This document shows, in pieces, positions 1 to 9,025 of a stretch of DNA of 64,000 bases. A program made the position numbers and the translations under genes. The stretch spans positions 2,641 to 66,640 of the forward strand of contig CABZGO010000001.1 of the NCBI GenBank assembly GCA_902525355.1. Reading direction: 5' to 3'. The notes beneath the pieces were generated by a model, which ran no database searches, was not told the origin of the DNA, and was given only the letters and a program-made list of their open reading frames with translations. Origin of the DNA: an uncultured Pelagibacteraceae bacterium. GTDB lineage: Bacteria; Pseudomonadota; Alphaproteobacteria; Pelagibacterales; Pelagibacteraceae. The number at the start of each line of letters is the position of its first letter. The first letter of the stretch is position 1.

Positions 1-792
1 AGACCTTGTTGCACAAGTGAACTAAAAACAAAAGATAATGTCTCAATTAATAAAGATATTATTAATTTTAAAGAAGCATTAAAAAAAAGTTCTCACAGTG
101 AGGGATTTATGAACTCTCCATCACCAGGGGTAATTTGTAATTTTCTGCCAAATAAATTTTATAAAAATGATGATGAATATTTAGAAAAGCTCTCAGATAT
201 TATGAAATTTGAATATGAAAAAATAATTGATAGTGGATTGTCTCTTCAGGTTGATTGTCCCGATCTTGCTCTATCTAGGCATATGATTTACAAAAATATT
301 TCAGAACAGAATTTTTTAAAGAGAGCAAATAAACATGTTGAGGTTTTAAATAAATCATTAGAAAATATTGATCCATCTAAAGTAAGAATGCATATTTGTT
401 GGGGAAATTATGAAGGACCTCATACTCACGATATTGGGTTGAATAAAATTATCGATATAGCTTTTAAGGCCAATGTAAGCAAATATTTGATAGAGTCTGC
501 TAACCCTAGGCATGCTCATGAATGGGAGGTATTTGAGAACATAAAACTACCAAAAGATAAGATGATTATCCCTGGCGTGATAGAGTCCACTAGCAATTTT
601 ATTGAACATCCAGATGTTGTAAAACATAGAATTTTAGCCTTTTGCAGAGTGGTAGACCCTGATCAATTAATGGCTGGAACAGATTGTGGATTTAGCACTT
701 TTGCTGGTTTTGGAAATGTTGATGAAAACATAGTTTATAAAAAACTAGAGTCACTTGTGGTCGGATCAGGACTTGCGTCAAAAGTGATTTAA
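1..792 (+). CDS. Cobalamin-independent methionine synthase II family protein (MetE C-terminal-like), 5'-truncated by window edge
   Basis: Zn-ligand motifs MHICWGNYEGPH, IESANPRH, GTDCGF; frame is open from position 1 to the listed ATG at 109. Confidence 0.85.
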   Translation, partial: RPCCTSELKTKDNVSINKDIINFKEALKKSSHSEGFMNSPSPGVICNFLPNKFYKNDDEYLEKLSDIMKFEYEKIIDSGLSLQVDCPDLALSRHMIYKNISEQNFLKRANKHVEVLNKSLENIDPSKVRMHICWGNYEGPHTHDIGLNKIIDIAFKANVSKYLIESANPRHAHEWEVFENIKLPKDKMIIPGVIESTSNFIEHPDVVKHRILAFCRVVDPDQLMAGTDCGFSTFAGFGNVDENIVYKKLESLVVGSGLASKVI

Positions 793-871
793 AAATCACT
801 TTTATTAAATAATCCATGAAGATATAGTTTTTGTTTAGAATAATTATAAACAACCAAAAAAGAGAGATAAT

Positions 872-2098
872 ATGAAAAAAATACTTTTAACTTTATTGTT
901 CATACTTTTTGGAACAACCGCATATGCTGACGGGCATTGCAGTAAACCAAGTGGTTCAATAAATATTTTAGCAAATGATTTTCCAGCATTAAGAACTTTT
1001 GTTGAAACAGCTAAAGGATGTAAAGGAAGTGCAGATTTTAAGGTTACTCATTCATCTGAGCACAACAAAATAGCTGTGCCTGCTTTAACTGCAAACCCTT
1101 CTGAGTTTTCAGCAAGAATTGCAGCTAATAGTTCTATCGTGCCTTTGATGAACCAGGATTTAATTAGACCTATGGATGATCTAGTTAAAAAATACGGAAA
1201 AGGAATTCAAGACTCACAATTAATTACTATAGATGGAAAAGTAATGGCTGTTGCTTTTATGGCCAACACTCAACATCTATATTATAGGGAGGATGTTCTA
1301 AAAGAATTAGGTATACCTGTGCCTAAAACTTACGAAGAGGTTGTTGCTGCATCTGAAAAAATTAGAGCATCTGGTAAAATGCAACATCCTTATGCAGCTG
1401 CGTACAAAGCTGGATGGAATTTAGCTGAGGAATTTGTAAATATGTTCATTGGTCATGGTGGTGAATTTTTTAAAGCTGGTACTGCTGAGCCAAATATAAA
1501 TAATGCAAAAGGTGTAGCTACATTAAACATGCTAAAAAAATTAGCTAGTTTAAGTAATCCTGATTATCTTACTCATGACAGTGAAGCTATTAAAGTTGAA
1601 TGGGAATCTGGAAAAGTTGCGCTTATGACGTTATGGGCATCAAGATCAGGAACTTTATTAGATGATGAAGGAGATGCAAAAATTACTGCAGCTACTAAAT
1701 TAACTGGACCAGCAACTGTTGGTGGAGGAAATATTCCAGCTGCAACATTATGGTGGGACGGATTTACTTTAGCAAAAAATAGATCCGACAGTGATGCAGA
1801 AGCATCTTTTATAGCTTTAGCTCATGCTGCTTCAAACAAGAAAATGGTTGCAGATGCAGCCGACCAAGCTGTATGGTTGGTTGAAGGCTTTGTGCCAGGA
1901 CCAAAATCTATCGGTGTAATTGAAGCTGTAAAAATGGGTGCAAAACCTTATCCAATGTTACCTCAAATGGGTTTAATGCATGGTGCATTAGGAAGTGAGA
2001 TAGTTGAATTCTTGCAAGGTAAAGAGTCTGCAGAACAAGCACTTAAAGATGTCGAGGCTGCTTATATAAGTAAAGCTAAAGAACAAGGCTTTCTATAA
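872..2098 (+). CDS. Carbohydrate ABC transporter solute-binding protein (family 1)
   Basis: Signal peptide ending AYA|DGH; SBP_bac_1-like motifs (LYYREDVLKELG, PKTYEE); followed by two permeases. Confidence 0.85.
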   Translation: MKKILLTLLFILFGTTAYADGHCSKPSGSINILANDFPALRTFVETAKGCKGSADFKVTHSSEHNKIAVPALTANPSEFSARIAANSSIVPLMNQDLIRPMDDLVKKYGKGIQDSQLITIDGKVMAVAFMANTQHLYYREDVLKELGIPVPKTYEEVVAASEKIRASGKMQHPYAAAYKAGWNLAEEFVNMFIGHGGEFFKAGTAEPNINNAKGVATLNMLKKLASLSNPDYLTHDSEAIKVEWESGKVALMTLWASRSGTLLDDEGDAKITAATKLTGPATVGGGNIPAATLWWDGFTLAKNRSDSDAEASFIALAHAASNKKMVADAADQAVWLVEGFVPGPKSIGVIEAVKMGAKPYPMLPQMGLMHGALGSEIVEFLQGKESAEQALKDVEAAYISKAKEQGFL

Positions 2099-2108
2099 AA
2101 ATAAAAAT

Positions 2109-2135
2109 TTAAGTGGGGATTTTATCCCCACTTAA
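2109..2135 (+). terminator. Perfect 12-bp stem-loop after SBP gene (terminator/mRNA stabiliser)
   Basis: ttaagtggggat-ttt-atccccacttaa. Confidence 0.75.
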
Positions 2136-2141
2136 CCGTAA

Positions 2142-3170
2142 ATGCCAAATAAAACTTTTTTCTGGTTTTTTTTGCCAACTGGTTTGGCAATGATTTTATT
2201 TATTGGCCTACCAATAATATCTACTGGTATTCAGTCTTTTTATGCTCAACATGATCAAGTAGTAAAAGAAGTAAAAAAATGTGATCCTTTTGGCTGTACT
2301 GTTTCAATTGTTGTTGACCAAGAAGCAACATCCGTACTAAGAGATGAGAGACCATTGGGAAAATTTAATGGAATTGGAACATATGTTGATAGAAATCATT
2401 TAGCAATTGAGCAAATATCAGAATTTTGGAATGAGACTGACACGTTTGGAGATTTCATTGACCAAGTTACAAATTTACCTTTTTACAAAGCACTTTTGTT
2501 TACTTTAACTTACTGTTTGTTTGTAACTCCAAATGTTTTGTTGTTAGGTTTCATAATAGCATTAAGTTTAAATGCAATATCCAGAAAGATAAGAGGCCCA
2601 CTAATATTTGGTACTATATTACCAATGATAGTTACTCCATTAGTTGGATCACTTGTTCTATTCTGGATGATTGATGCAGAGGGTATTATTGGTGCAAATT
2701 TACAATTAATGATGGAAGATCCATACCTATCATTGAAATCATCTAGAACACTTACTTGGATAACAATAATAATTTATGGAATTTGGCATCATTCTCCTTT
2801 TGCCTTTGTGGTTTTTTATGCAGCTTTACAAACAGTGCCTCAAGAACCAGTTGAAGCAGCAATTATTGATGGAGCATCAAGATACCAAAGAATTAGACAC
2901 ATTGTTCTACCACATATTTATCCAGTTGTTACTTTTGTAGCTTTAATATCACTAATGGATAATTTTAGAGTCTTTGAACCAATAATTGGTTTTAGTGCTG
3001 AAGGAAGTGCACAGTCTTTATCTTGGTTAATTTACGATAATTTAGTTAATGAGGAAGTAATTTTATTTGGATCAGCAGCAGCAACTTCAATGATGACTAT
3101 AATTGGAATTGCTATTTTGCTGGCACCAGTATTAATCAGAACATGGAAAGAATTTAGGACTGCTAGATAA
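2142..3170 (+). CDS. Carbohydrate ABC transporter permease (MalF-like)
   Basis: Multiple TM helices; EAA loop EAAIIDGASRYQ. Confidence 0.9.
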   Translation: MPNKTFFWFFLPTGLAMILFIGLPIISTGIQSFYAQHDQVVKEVKKCDPFGCTVSIVVDQEATSVLRDERPLGKFNGIGTYVDRNHLAIEQISEFWNETDTFGDFIDQVTNLPFYKALLFTLTYCLFVTPNVLLLGFIIALSLNAISRKIRGPLIFGTILPMIVTPLVGSLVLFWMIDAEGIIGANLQLMMEDPYLSLKSSRTLTWITIIIYGIWHHSPFAFVVFYAALQTVPQEPVEAAIIDGASRYQRIRHIVLPHIYPVVTFVALISLMDNFRVFEPIIGFSAEGSAQSLSWLIYDNLVNEEVILFGSAAATSMMTIIGIAILLAPVLIRTWKEFRTAR

Positions 3171-4051
3171 TGGAATATGGATTAGACAAAAGATCAAATG
3201 CGTTAAAAACATTTAATACAACCTTTATAATCATTTGGTTGTTAATCGCATGCTTCCCATTTATTTGGACTTTTTGGGGATCTTTTAAGGTAAGAGCAGA
3301 TTTTTTTTCAAGAGCAGATTGGTGGTACGCAATTTCTGCATTTAATACTCTAATAGAAACTGGGGGACAATTTACATCAAATGCATACTCTCAGGCTTGG
3401 ACTGAGGGTGAGTTTTGGAAAGCTTCAAGAAATACAATAATAGTAACAGTCTTTGTAGTTACAATATCACTTTTCTTAGGAACATTAGGCGCTTATGCTT
3501 TATCTAGATCAACAGAGAGATATGCATTTTGGATTCTAATTGCAGCATTAATTTTTAGAGCGATGCCACACATAACATTGGTATCAGGTTACCTTTTTCC
3601 CTTTTTTGAATTGCAGATTTGGGGAATTTTACCGACTACAATTGTAGTTTTAGTTGCAATTAATCAACCTTTTACTTTGTGGTTGCTCTATTCTTTCTTT
3701 AAAACAGTGCCAAAAGAATTAGATGAAAGTGCATTAATAGATGGTTGTTCATACTTTCAAGCATTTAGATATATAATTATGCCTGTGATGTGGCCTGGGG
3801 TTATTACTGCTGGTTTGTTTAGTCTAATGTTAGCATATAATGATTTTACTGTAACAGCGCTACTTCTAAACCAGGAAAATCATACAATGGTACCCAAAAT
3901 TCAAAGTTATCTTGGAACAAATCAACATGAAGGTAATTTGATGTGGGCAGTATCTGCAGTAGTTTCCGCCACTGCTCCTCTATTTATGTTAGTTATGTTT
4001 TTCCAAAGACAAGTGATAAGTGGATTAACAACTGGTGCCGTCAAAGGCTAA
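3170..4051 (+). CDS. Carbohydrate ABC transporter permease (MalG-like)
   Basis: ELDESALIDGCS loop; C-terminal GLTTGAVKG. Confidence 0.9.
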   Translation: MEYGLDKRSNALKTFNTTFIIIWLLIACFPFIWTFWGSFKVRADFFSRADWWYAISAFNTLIETGGQFTSNAYSQAWTEGEFWKASRNTIIVTVFVVTISLFLGTLGAYALSRSTERYAFWILIAALIFRAMPHITLVSGYLFPFFELQIWGILPTTIVVLVAINQPFTLWLLYSFFKTVPKELDESALIDGCSYFQAFRYIIMPVMWPGVITAGLFSLMLAYNDFTVTALLLNQENHTMVPKIQSYLGTNQHEGNLMWAVSAVVSATAPLFMLVMFFQRQVISGLTTGAVKG

Positions 4052-4713
4052 TGACGATTAAAGCAGTTTTATTCGGTTCAATCGGTACAATTGTTGAAAC
4101 TTCAAATATTCAAAGACAATCATTTAACAAAGCTTTTAAAAAAAATGGTCTTGATTGGTATTGGACGAAAAAAATGTATCAATCAATGTTACAAAAACCA
4201 GGCGGTGAAATTAGAGTTAAAAAATATGGTGTATCAAAAAAAACTTTAGTGAATGCAAAACAAATAAGAAACTTAAAAACATTTATATTTAATCAATATT
4301 TAAAAAAGAATAATTTAAAACCACGTGCTGGAGTAAAAAAAATTATTAAATTCTGTAAAAAAAATAAAATAAAAATTGGGTTTGTTACTTCTACAACTAA
4401 AAATAACGTTGATGGAGTGTTTAAATCTTTAAAATACCATATCAAAAAAAACGATTTTGATTACATTGGTCATGATAAAATTATTAAAACCTTTAAGGAT
4501 AAATCAGACATTTATAAACATTGCCTGAAAAAATTAAATCTTAAATCAAGTAAATGTGTAGCTGTCGAAGATACAGAAATAAGTCTAAGCTATGCAAGAA
4601 AAGCAAAAATAAGATGTATTGCCTTCCCGGGAGACTTTCATCTTACCGGGAAGTACAAAGATTCACTTATAAAAGTCAGAAGACTTAATCCAAAAATATT
4701 TTTTGATTTATAG
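4051..4713 (+). CDS. HAD-IA/CbbY-like protein with degenerate motif I
   Basis: Probable start ATG 4051 overlapping the upstream TAA; CbbY-like segments RQSFNKAF, GLDWYW, PRAGV, AVEDT; motif I reads FGSIGT instead of FDxDGT. Confidence 0.75.
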   Translation: MTIKAVLFGSIGTIVETSNIQRQSFNKAFKKNGLDWYWTKKMYQSMLQKPGGEIRVKKYGVSKKTLVNAKQIRNLKTFIFNQYLKKNNLKPRAGVKKIIKFCKKNKIKIGFVTSTTKNNVDGVFKSLKYHIKKNDFDYIGHDKIIKTFKDKSDIYKHCLKKLNLKSSKCVAVEDTEISLSYARKAKIRCIAFPGDFHLTGKYKDSLIKVRRLNPKIFFDL

Positions 4714-5160
4714 TTGGTCTATTAAACCTGGTGCAATTTTCTTAGATTTTGACGAAAATCTAAGTTTTTTAATAGCATCTAGGTTAGATTTATCATCTCC
4801 AACCACCACAAAACCAATCATTCCCATATTTTTGTGTGGTGTACACCAGTAAGCATATATCCCCGGGACATCGAATTTGTATTCAACATCCTTGTTATAT
4901 TTTGATTTGAATTTGCCTACTCCTTCTGGCACACCCTTTTTTATGAATTCAACGTTATGTCCTTTATCATTTGCTTTCCAAAGAACTGTATCTCCAGTGT
5001 TTACTCTAACAATTTTAGGCTCAAAAACATTTGACTCTTTATCAAGCCTATTCAACATTTCCACTGTAACATCCGCACCTAATGCTATATTCGTAAAAAA
5101 TGTACTGATTAAAATTATAAATGAAATTATAAGTTTATTATTTTTTATCATAAGGTGCAT
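4708..5160 (-). CDS. Pseudoazurin (type-1 blue copper protein)
   Basis: Signal peptide; VEMLN, FEPKIV, GHNVE and CTPHKNMGM copper-ligand motifs. Confidence 0.85.
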   Translation of the reverse strand: MHLMIKNNKLIISFIILISTFFTNIALGADVTVEMLNRLDKESNVFEPKIVRVNTGDTVLWKANDKGHNVEFIKKGVPEGVGKFKSKYNKDVEYKFDVPGIYAYWCTPHKNMGMIGFVVVGDDKSNLDAIKKLRFSSKSKKIAPGLIDQL

Positions 5161-5221
5161 ATATTCTCTAAAATTAGATAAACAATGTCTAATTGGTGCA
5201 ACAAGTTGACACGTCTTTAAC

Positions 5222-6388
5222 TTAAATTTTTTTATGTGATTTATCAGCTCTCAGGATTGTAAAAATTATTATAATTAAAAAGGGTATGCACAGTATGTTC
5301 ATTGTTTTCCAGCTCGTATAACTTAGTACTACGCCAGCTGTTAAACTTGCTGTAGCTTGGACTGAAAAAACTATAAAGTCGTTAAAACCTTGTGCTTTGA
5401 ATCTTTCCTCATCTCTATAATTTAAAACAAGCAAGCTAGTTCCTGATATGAATAAAAAATTCCATCCAAGTCCTAAAAAAACTAAAGCTAAAAGATAATT
5501 TATAAAAGTCTGACTTTGATAACTAAGAAGAATTGTTATGAAAAAAAATAATACTCCAGTGTACATAATCTTACTGTGTCCATACTTTTTAATTAAATTT
5601 CCTGTGATTAATGCTGGCAAAAACATGCTGATGATATGAAATTGAATTACAAAACTAGTACTATTTAAAGACATCCTGTCTTGTATATGCATACTTATTG
5701 GAGTAGCTGTCATTAAAAAAGACATTACTGCATATGCAAAAGATGAAGATACCAATGCTTGTAAAAATCTTGGTTGAGATATTAGCTTTGAAATAGATCT
5801 TCCTCTTGATATTTTTTTTTTATCAATAAATTTATTTTCTTTATAAAAAATTAAAAAAATAATTGATGAAAGAGTTAATAATGATAGACATAGATAAGAT
5901 CCTACATATAAGCTCTCTGAAATTATATTTTTTCCTAGATTTGCCAAGTTAGGACCAAGTAAGGCTGACAAAATTCCAGCAAAAAGTAATAAAGATATGG
6001 CTTTTGGGGCTTGTTTTTTGTTAACACTCTCAGCGGCCGCAAAACGATACTGGTGAGCAAATGCCATACCAAATCCAAGCGAAAAACAAGAAAATGAATA
6101 TAAAATAAAGTTTTGTTTCATTACAGAGTAAGCTGCTAATAGTGCAAATATTGAAGTTGTAATTGATGATAATATAAAACCTTTTTTTCTGCCGGTAATA
6201 CTCATTATTTTTGAGGCTGCTATTATAAATAAAGCAGTACCAACAATTGATAAAGACATTGGTAAAGTCGACAAAGATTTAATCGGAGTTATACTAGATC
6301 CAATTATTCCACTTAAAAAAACTGTTACAGGTGCAACTGAAAATGCACATGCGTTGCTAGCAAATAGCAACCATACATTTTTGTTCAT
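5222..6388 (-). CDS. MFS transporter
   Basis: About 12 TM helices; GRKKGF, YRFAAAE, ERFKAQGFND motifs. Confidence 0.85.
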   Translation of the reverse strand: MNKNVWLLFASNACAFSVAPVTVFLSGIIGSSITPIKSLSTLPMSLSIVGTALFIIAASKIMSITGRKKGFILSSITTSIFALLAAYSVMKQNFILYSFSCFSLGFGMAFAHQYRFAAAESVNKKQAPKAISLLLFAGILSALLGPNLANLGKNIISESLYVGSYLCLSLLTLSSIIFLIFYKENKFIDKKKISRGRSISKLISQPRFLQALVSSSFAYAVMSFLMTATPISMHIQDRMSLNSTSFVIQFHIISMFLPALITGNLIKKYGHSKIMYTGVLFFFITILLSYQSQTFINYLLALVFLGLGWNFLFISGTSLLVLNYRDEERFKAQGFNDFIVFSVQATASLTAGVVLSYTSWKTMNILCIPFLIIIIFTILRADKSHKKI

Positions 6389-6395
6389 TAAGGTA

Positions 6396-7898
6396 TTATA
6401 CTCTTTTCTTACCTTGAACTACTCTGTCCAATATTAATGCAACAAATAATATTGCAACACCGGCTAAAATTCCTTGTCCAACATTTGCATATTGAAGCGC
6501 CTCAAGTACGTCTTGTCCTAATCCTTTTGCACCGATAAGTGAAGCTACAACAACCATTGCTAAACTTAACATCACAGTTTGATTTACACCAGCAAGTATT
6601 GATGGAGTTGCAAGTGGTAAATCTACTTTTCTAAGAAGATACCATTTAGATGCTCCATAAGCTATTGCTGCTTCTCTAATAGTTTCAGGAACTCCTCTTA
6701 ATCCTAATACTGTAAGTCTTACAACTGGTGTTCCGCCAAAAATCATTGTAATAATTACTGCTGCAACCTTCCCTGTTCCAAAAAATGCAATGACAGGAAT
6801 CATAAACACAAATGCAGGCATTGTTTGCATAAAGTCCATTATTGGTCTTATCATTGAATAAAATCTTTGACGTCTTGCACAATAAATTCCTAAAGGTATT
6901 CCAATAACAATGCTTAAAATTGCTGCTGTTCCTAATAAAGCAAGTGTTGTCATTGCTTTAACCCAAAATCCCAAAAAACCCATGTAAGCTAAAAATCCTG
7001 CAGAGTATATCGCAGTCCTAATTCCTGCTGACAAAGCAGTTAAAACTACAATGGTAGTTATAATCACAATCCAAGGTGTTTTTACAAATAAAAGTTCTAA
7101 AAAATCAAGAACAGATCTAATTCCAATTGTAATTGCAGTAAATACTGCATCTCCTTTTATAACAGCATAATCAAAAATTGTTTCTACCCATTTAATAGAT
7201 GTAAGTCTTATTTCTGGGTGAGTAGGAAAATCATTCATTATTGAGAAGAAACCTGGGAAACTATAATGTATTACTGAAAAAAACATTATAATTATAGTAA
7301 AACCAACGCTTAATAAATAATTTTTTGTTTTCATTCCAGGACTAATCGTTTTATTTGACAACCATTCGGAGTATCTTTTTTCTAAAACTGTATTCGCTAA
7401 TATTCCTTGAACAAATTTTACAAAAATCAATAATAAAATTCCTGAAATAGTAATCCATATTGCTGAAGCCTCAATTTGCTGTACATCAACTACATATTCC
7501 TTCATTGCGCCTTCAAGTGATTTAATTGCCCTCTCGTAGACTTCGACTTTATCTGGGTTGTTTTCTTTTGCAGCCTCTAATTGTTTGTATCTAAAATCGA
7601 TAGTTGATTGAATTTTATCAATCTTTTCAACCGCATCTTTAGTGATGTTGCCAAATAATCCTCTAACAATTTGAACAACAGCAAATGTTTCCACAATTAG
7701 AAATGCTAAGGCATAATTCCATACATTTCTCATTCCAAACCATACTGGTCCAAACAGTGCTGCAAATAGGTTAAAAGAGTAAGAGTATGATGGTTTGCTA
7801 CCAATTTTTTTAAACTCTTTGATATAGTAATCTGGATTTGAAATTACAAAATTTTTAATTAGTTCAGATCTTGGTAAATTTTTAATTTCCTTACTCAT
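6396..7898 (-). CDS. proW: Glycine betaine/proline-type ABC permease (ProW-like) with long N-terminal extension
   Basis: C-terminal half has DFMQTMPAFVF and EAAIAYGASKW; probable start MSKE at 7898 (ORF open from 7916). Confidence 0.8.
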   Translation of the reverse strand: MSKEIKNLPRSELIKNFVISNPDYYIKEFKKIGSKPSYSYSFNLFAALFGPVWFGMRNVWNYALAFLIVETFAVVQIVRGLFGNITKDAVEKIDKIQSTIDFRYKQLEAAKENNPDKVEVYERAIKSLEGAMKEYVVDVQQIEASAIWITISGILLLIFVKFVQGILANTVLEKRYSEWLSNKTISPGMKTKNYLLSVGFTIIIMFFSVIHYSFPGFFSIMNDFPTHPEIRLTSIKWVETIFDYAVIKGDAVFTAITIGIRSVLDFLELLFVKTPWIVIITTIVVLTALSAGIRTAIYSAGFLAYMGFLGFWVKAMTTLALLGTAAILSIVIGIPLGIYCARRQRFYSMIRPIMDFMQTMPAFVFMIPVIAFFGTGKVAAVIITMIFGGTPVVRLTVLGLRGVPETIREAAIAYGASKWYLLRKVDLPLATPSILAGVNQTVMLSLAMVVVASLIGAKGLGQDVLEALQYANVGQGILAGVAILFVALILDRVVQGKKRV

Positions 7899-8943
7899 TA
7901 TCATTTCCTTCAACAACTGCTTTTAATAGGTCTGATTGAGTAATTATTCCAACTTCAGTATTATGGTCGTTTAAAACTACAACTGGTTTATCTTTTGAAA
8001 CAGAAGTTTCAATAAGTTTGCTTAATATATCGTTTTCATTTACTTTTTCATTATTAGTTAAATTTTCGCCAAAGTTTTTTTTATATTGCTCTATAGGTTG
8101 CATAATGGTTTTAGCCTGAACAACTTTTAATCTTGAAATTCCTTTTACAAAGTCTGCAACATATTCGTCAGATGGATTTACAACAATTTCTTCAGGGGTT
8201 CCAATTTGAACCACTCTTCCATCTCGCATTATTGCTATTCTATGTCCAACTCTTACAGCTTCATCTAAATCATGAGTAATAAATACAGTAGTTTTTTTCA
8301 TCTGTTTTGAAAGTTTAATAAACTCAGTTTGAAGTTGACGCCTTATAAGTGGATCAAGTGCACTAAAAGGCTCATCCATTAGTAAAAATTCAGGGTCAGC
8401 AGCAAGTGCTCTTGCTAATCCTACTCTTTGTTGCATTCCTCCAGATAATTCATGCGCGTATTTATTGCCCCACCCTTGTAATTCAACAATATTTAAAATG
8501 TTATTTGCTGCATCTAACCTATCGTTTTTGCTTACTCCTCTTATTTCTAACGGCATTGCAATATTATCTAAAACAGATCTGTGGGGCATCAATGCAAAAT
8601 TTTGAAAAACCATACCAATTTTTTTATTTCTAAGATCTTGTAAATTTTCTTTATCAAACTGCATTACATCCTGATTATTTATTAAAATTTTTCCAGATGT
8701 TGGTTCTAGTAATCTATTAATATGCCTTACAAGTGTTGATTTACCACTTCCAGATAAACCCATAACACAGAAAATTTCACCTTTATTGACATCAAACGAA
8801 ACGTCAGAAACACCAATTACAGAATTATATTTTTCTAAGGCCTCTTGTTTTGAAATTTTCTTATTTTGGATTGCATCCAATGCATCATTTGATGTATTTC
8901 CAAATATTTTCCAAACATTTTGGATTTGTATGGCAGCTTCCAT
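7891..8943 (-). CDS. proV: Glycine betaine/proline-type ABC ATPase (ProV-like) with CBS tail
   Basis: GLSGSGKST, LSGGMQQRV, LMDEPFSALDPLIR. Confidence 0.9.
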   Translation of the reverse strand: MEAAIQIQNVWKIFGNTSNDALDAIQNKKISKQEALEKYNSVIGVSDVSFDVNKGEIFCVMGLSGSGKSTLVRHINRLLEPTSGKILINNQDVMQFDKENLQDLRNKKIGMVFQNFALMPHRSVLDNIAMPLEIRGVSKNDRLDAANNILNIVELQGWGNKYAHELSGGMQQRVGLARALAADPEFLLMDEPFSALDPLIRRQLQTEFIKLSKQMKKTTVFITHDLDEAVRVGHRIAIMRDGRVVQIGTPEEIVVNPSDEYVADFVKGISRLKVVQAKTIMQPIEQYKKNFGENLTNNEKVNENDILSKLIETSVSKDKPVVVLNDHNTEVGIITQSDLLKAVVEGNDNE

Positions 8944-8975
8944 AAAAGGATTTTAGCTTAAAATTATTGAAAATG

Positions 8976-9004
8976 ATACCTGGCAACTATAAGTCGCCAG
9001 GTAT
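8976..9004 (-). terminator. Stem-loop downstream of ProX-like gene
   Basis: atacctggcaact-ata-agtcgccaggtat inverted repeat with one mismatch. Confidence 0.7.
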
Positions 9005-9025
9005 ATAAAATTTAGTTTATCTAAA

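Noticed and set aside
3943-4050. Long N-terminal overlaps in the ORF track (3943, 16015, 16298, 17764, 45068, 61263 starts)
   Set aside because: Downstream starts fit family N-termini and translational coupling better, so these are not true overlapping genes.
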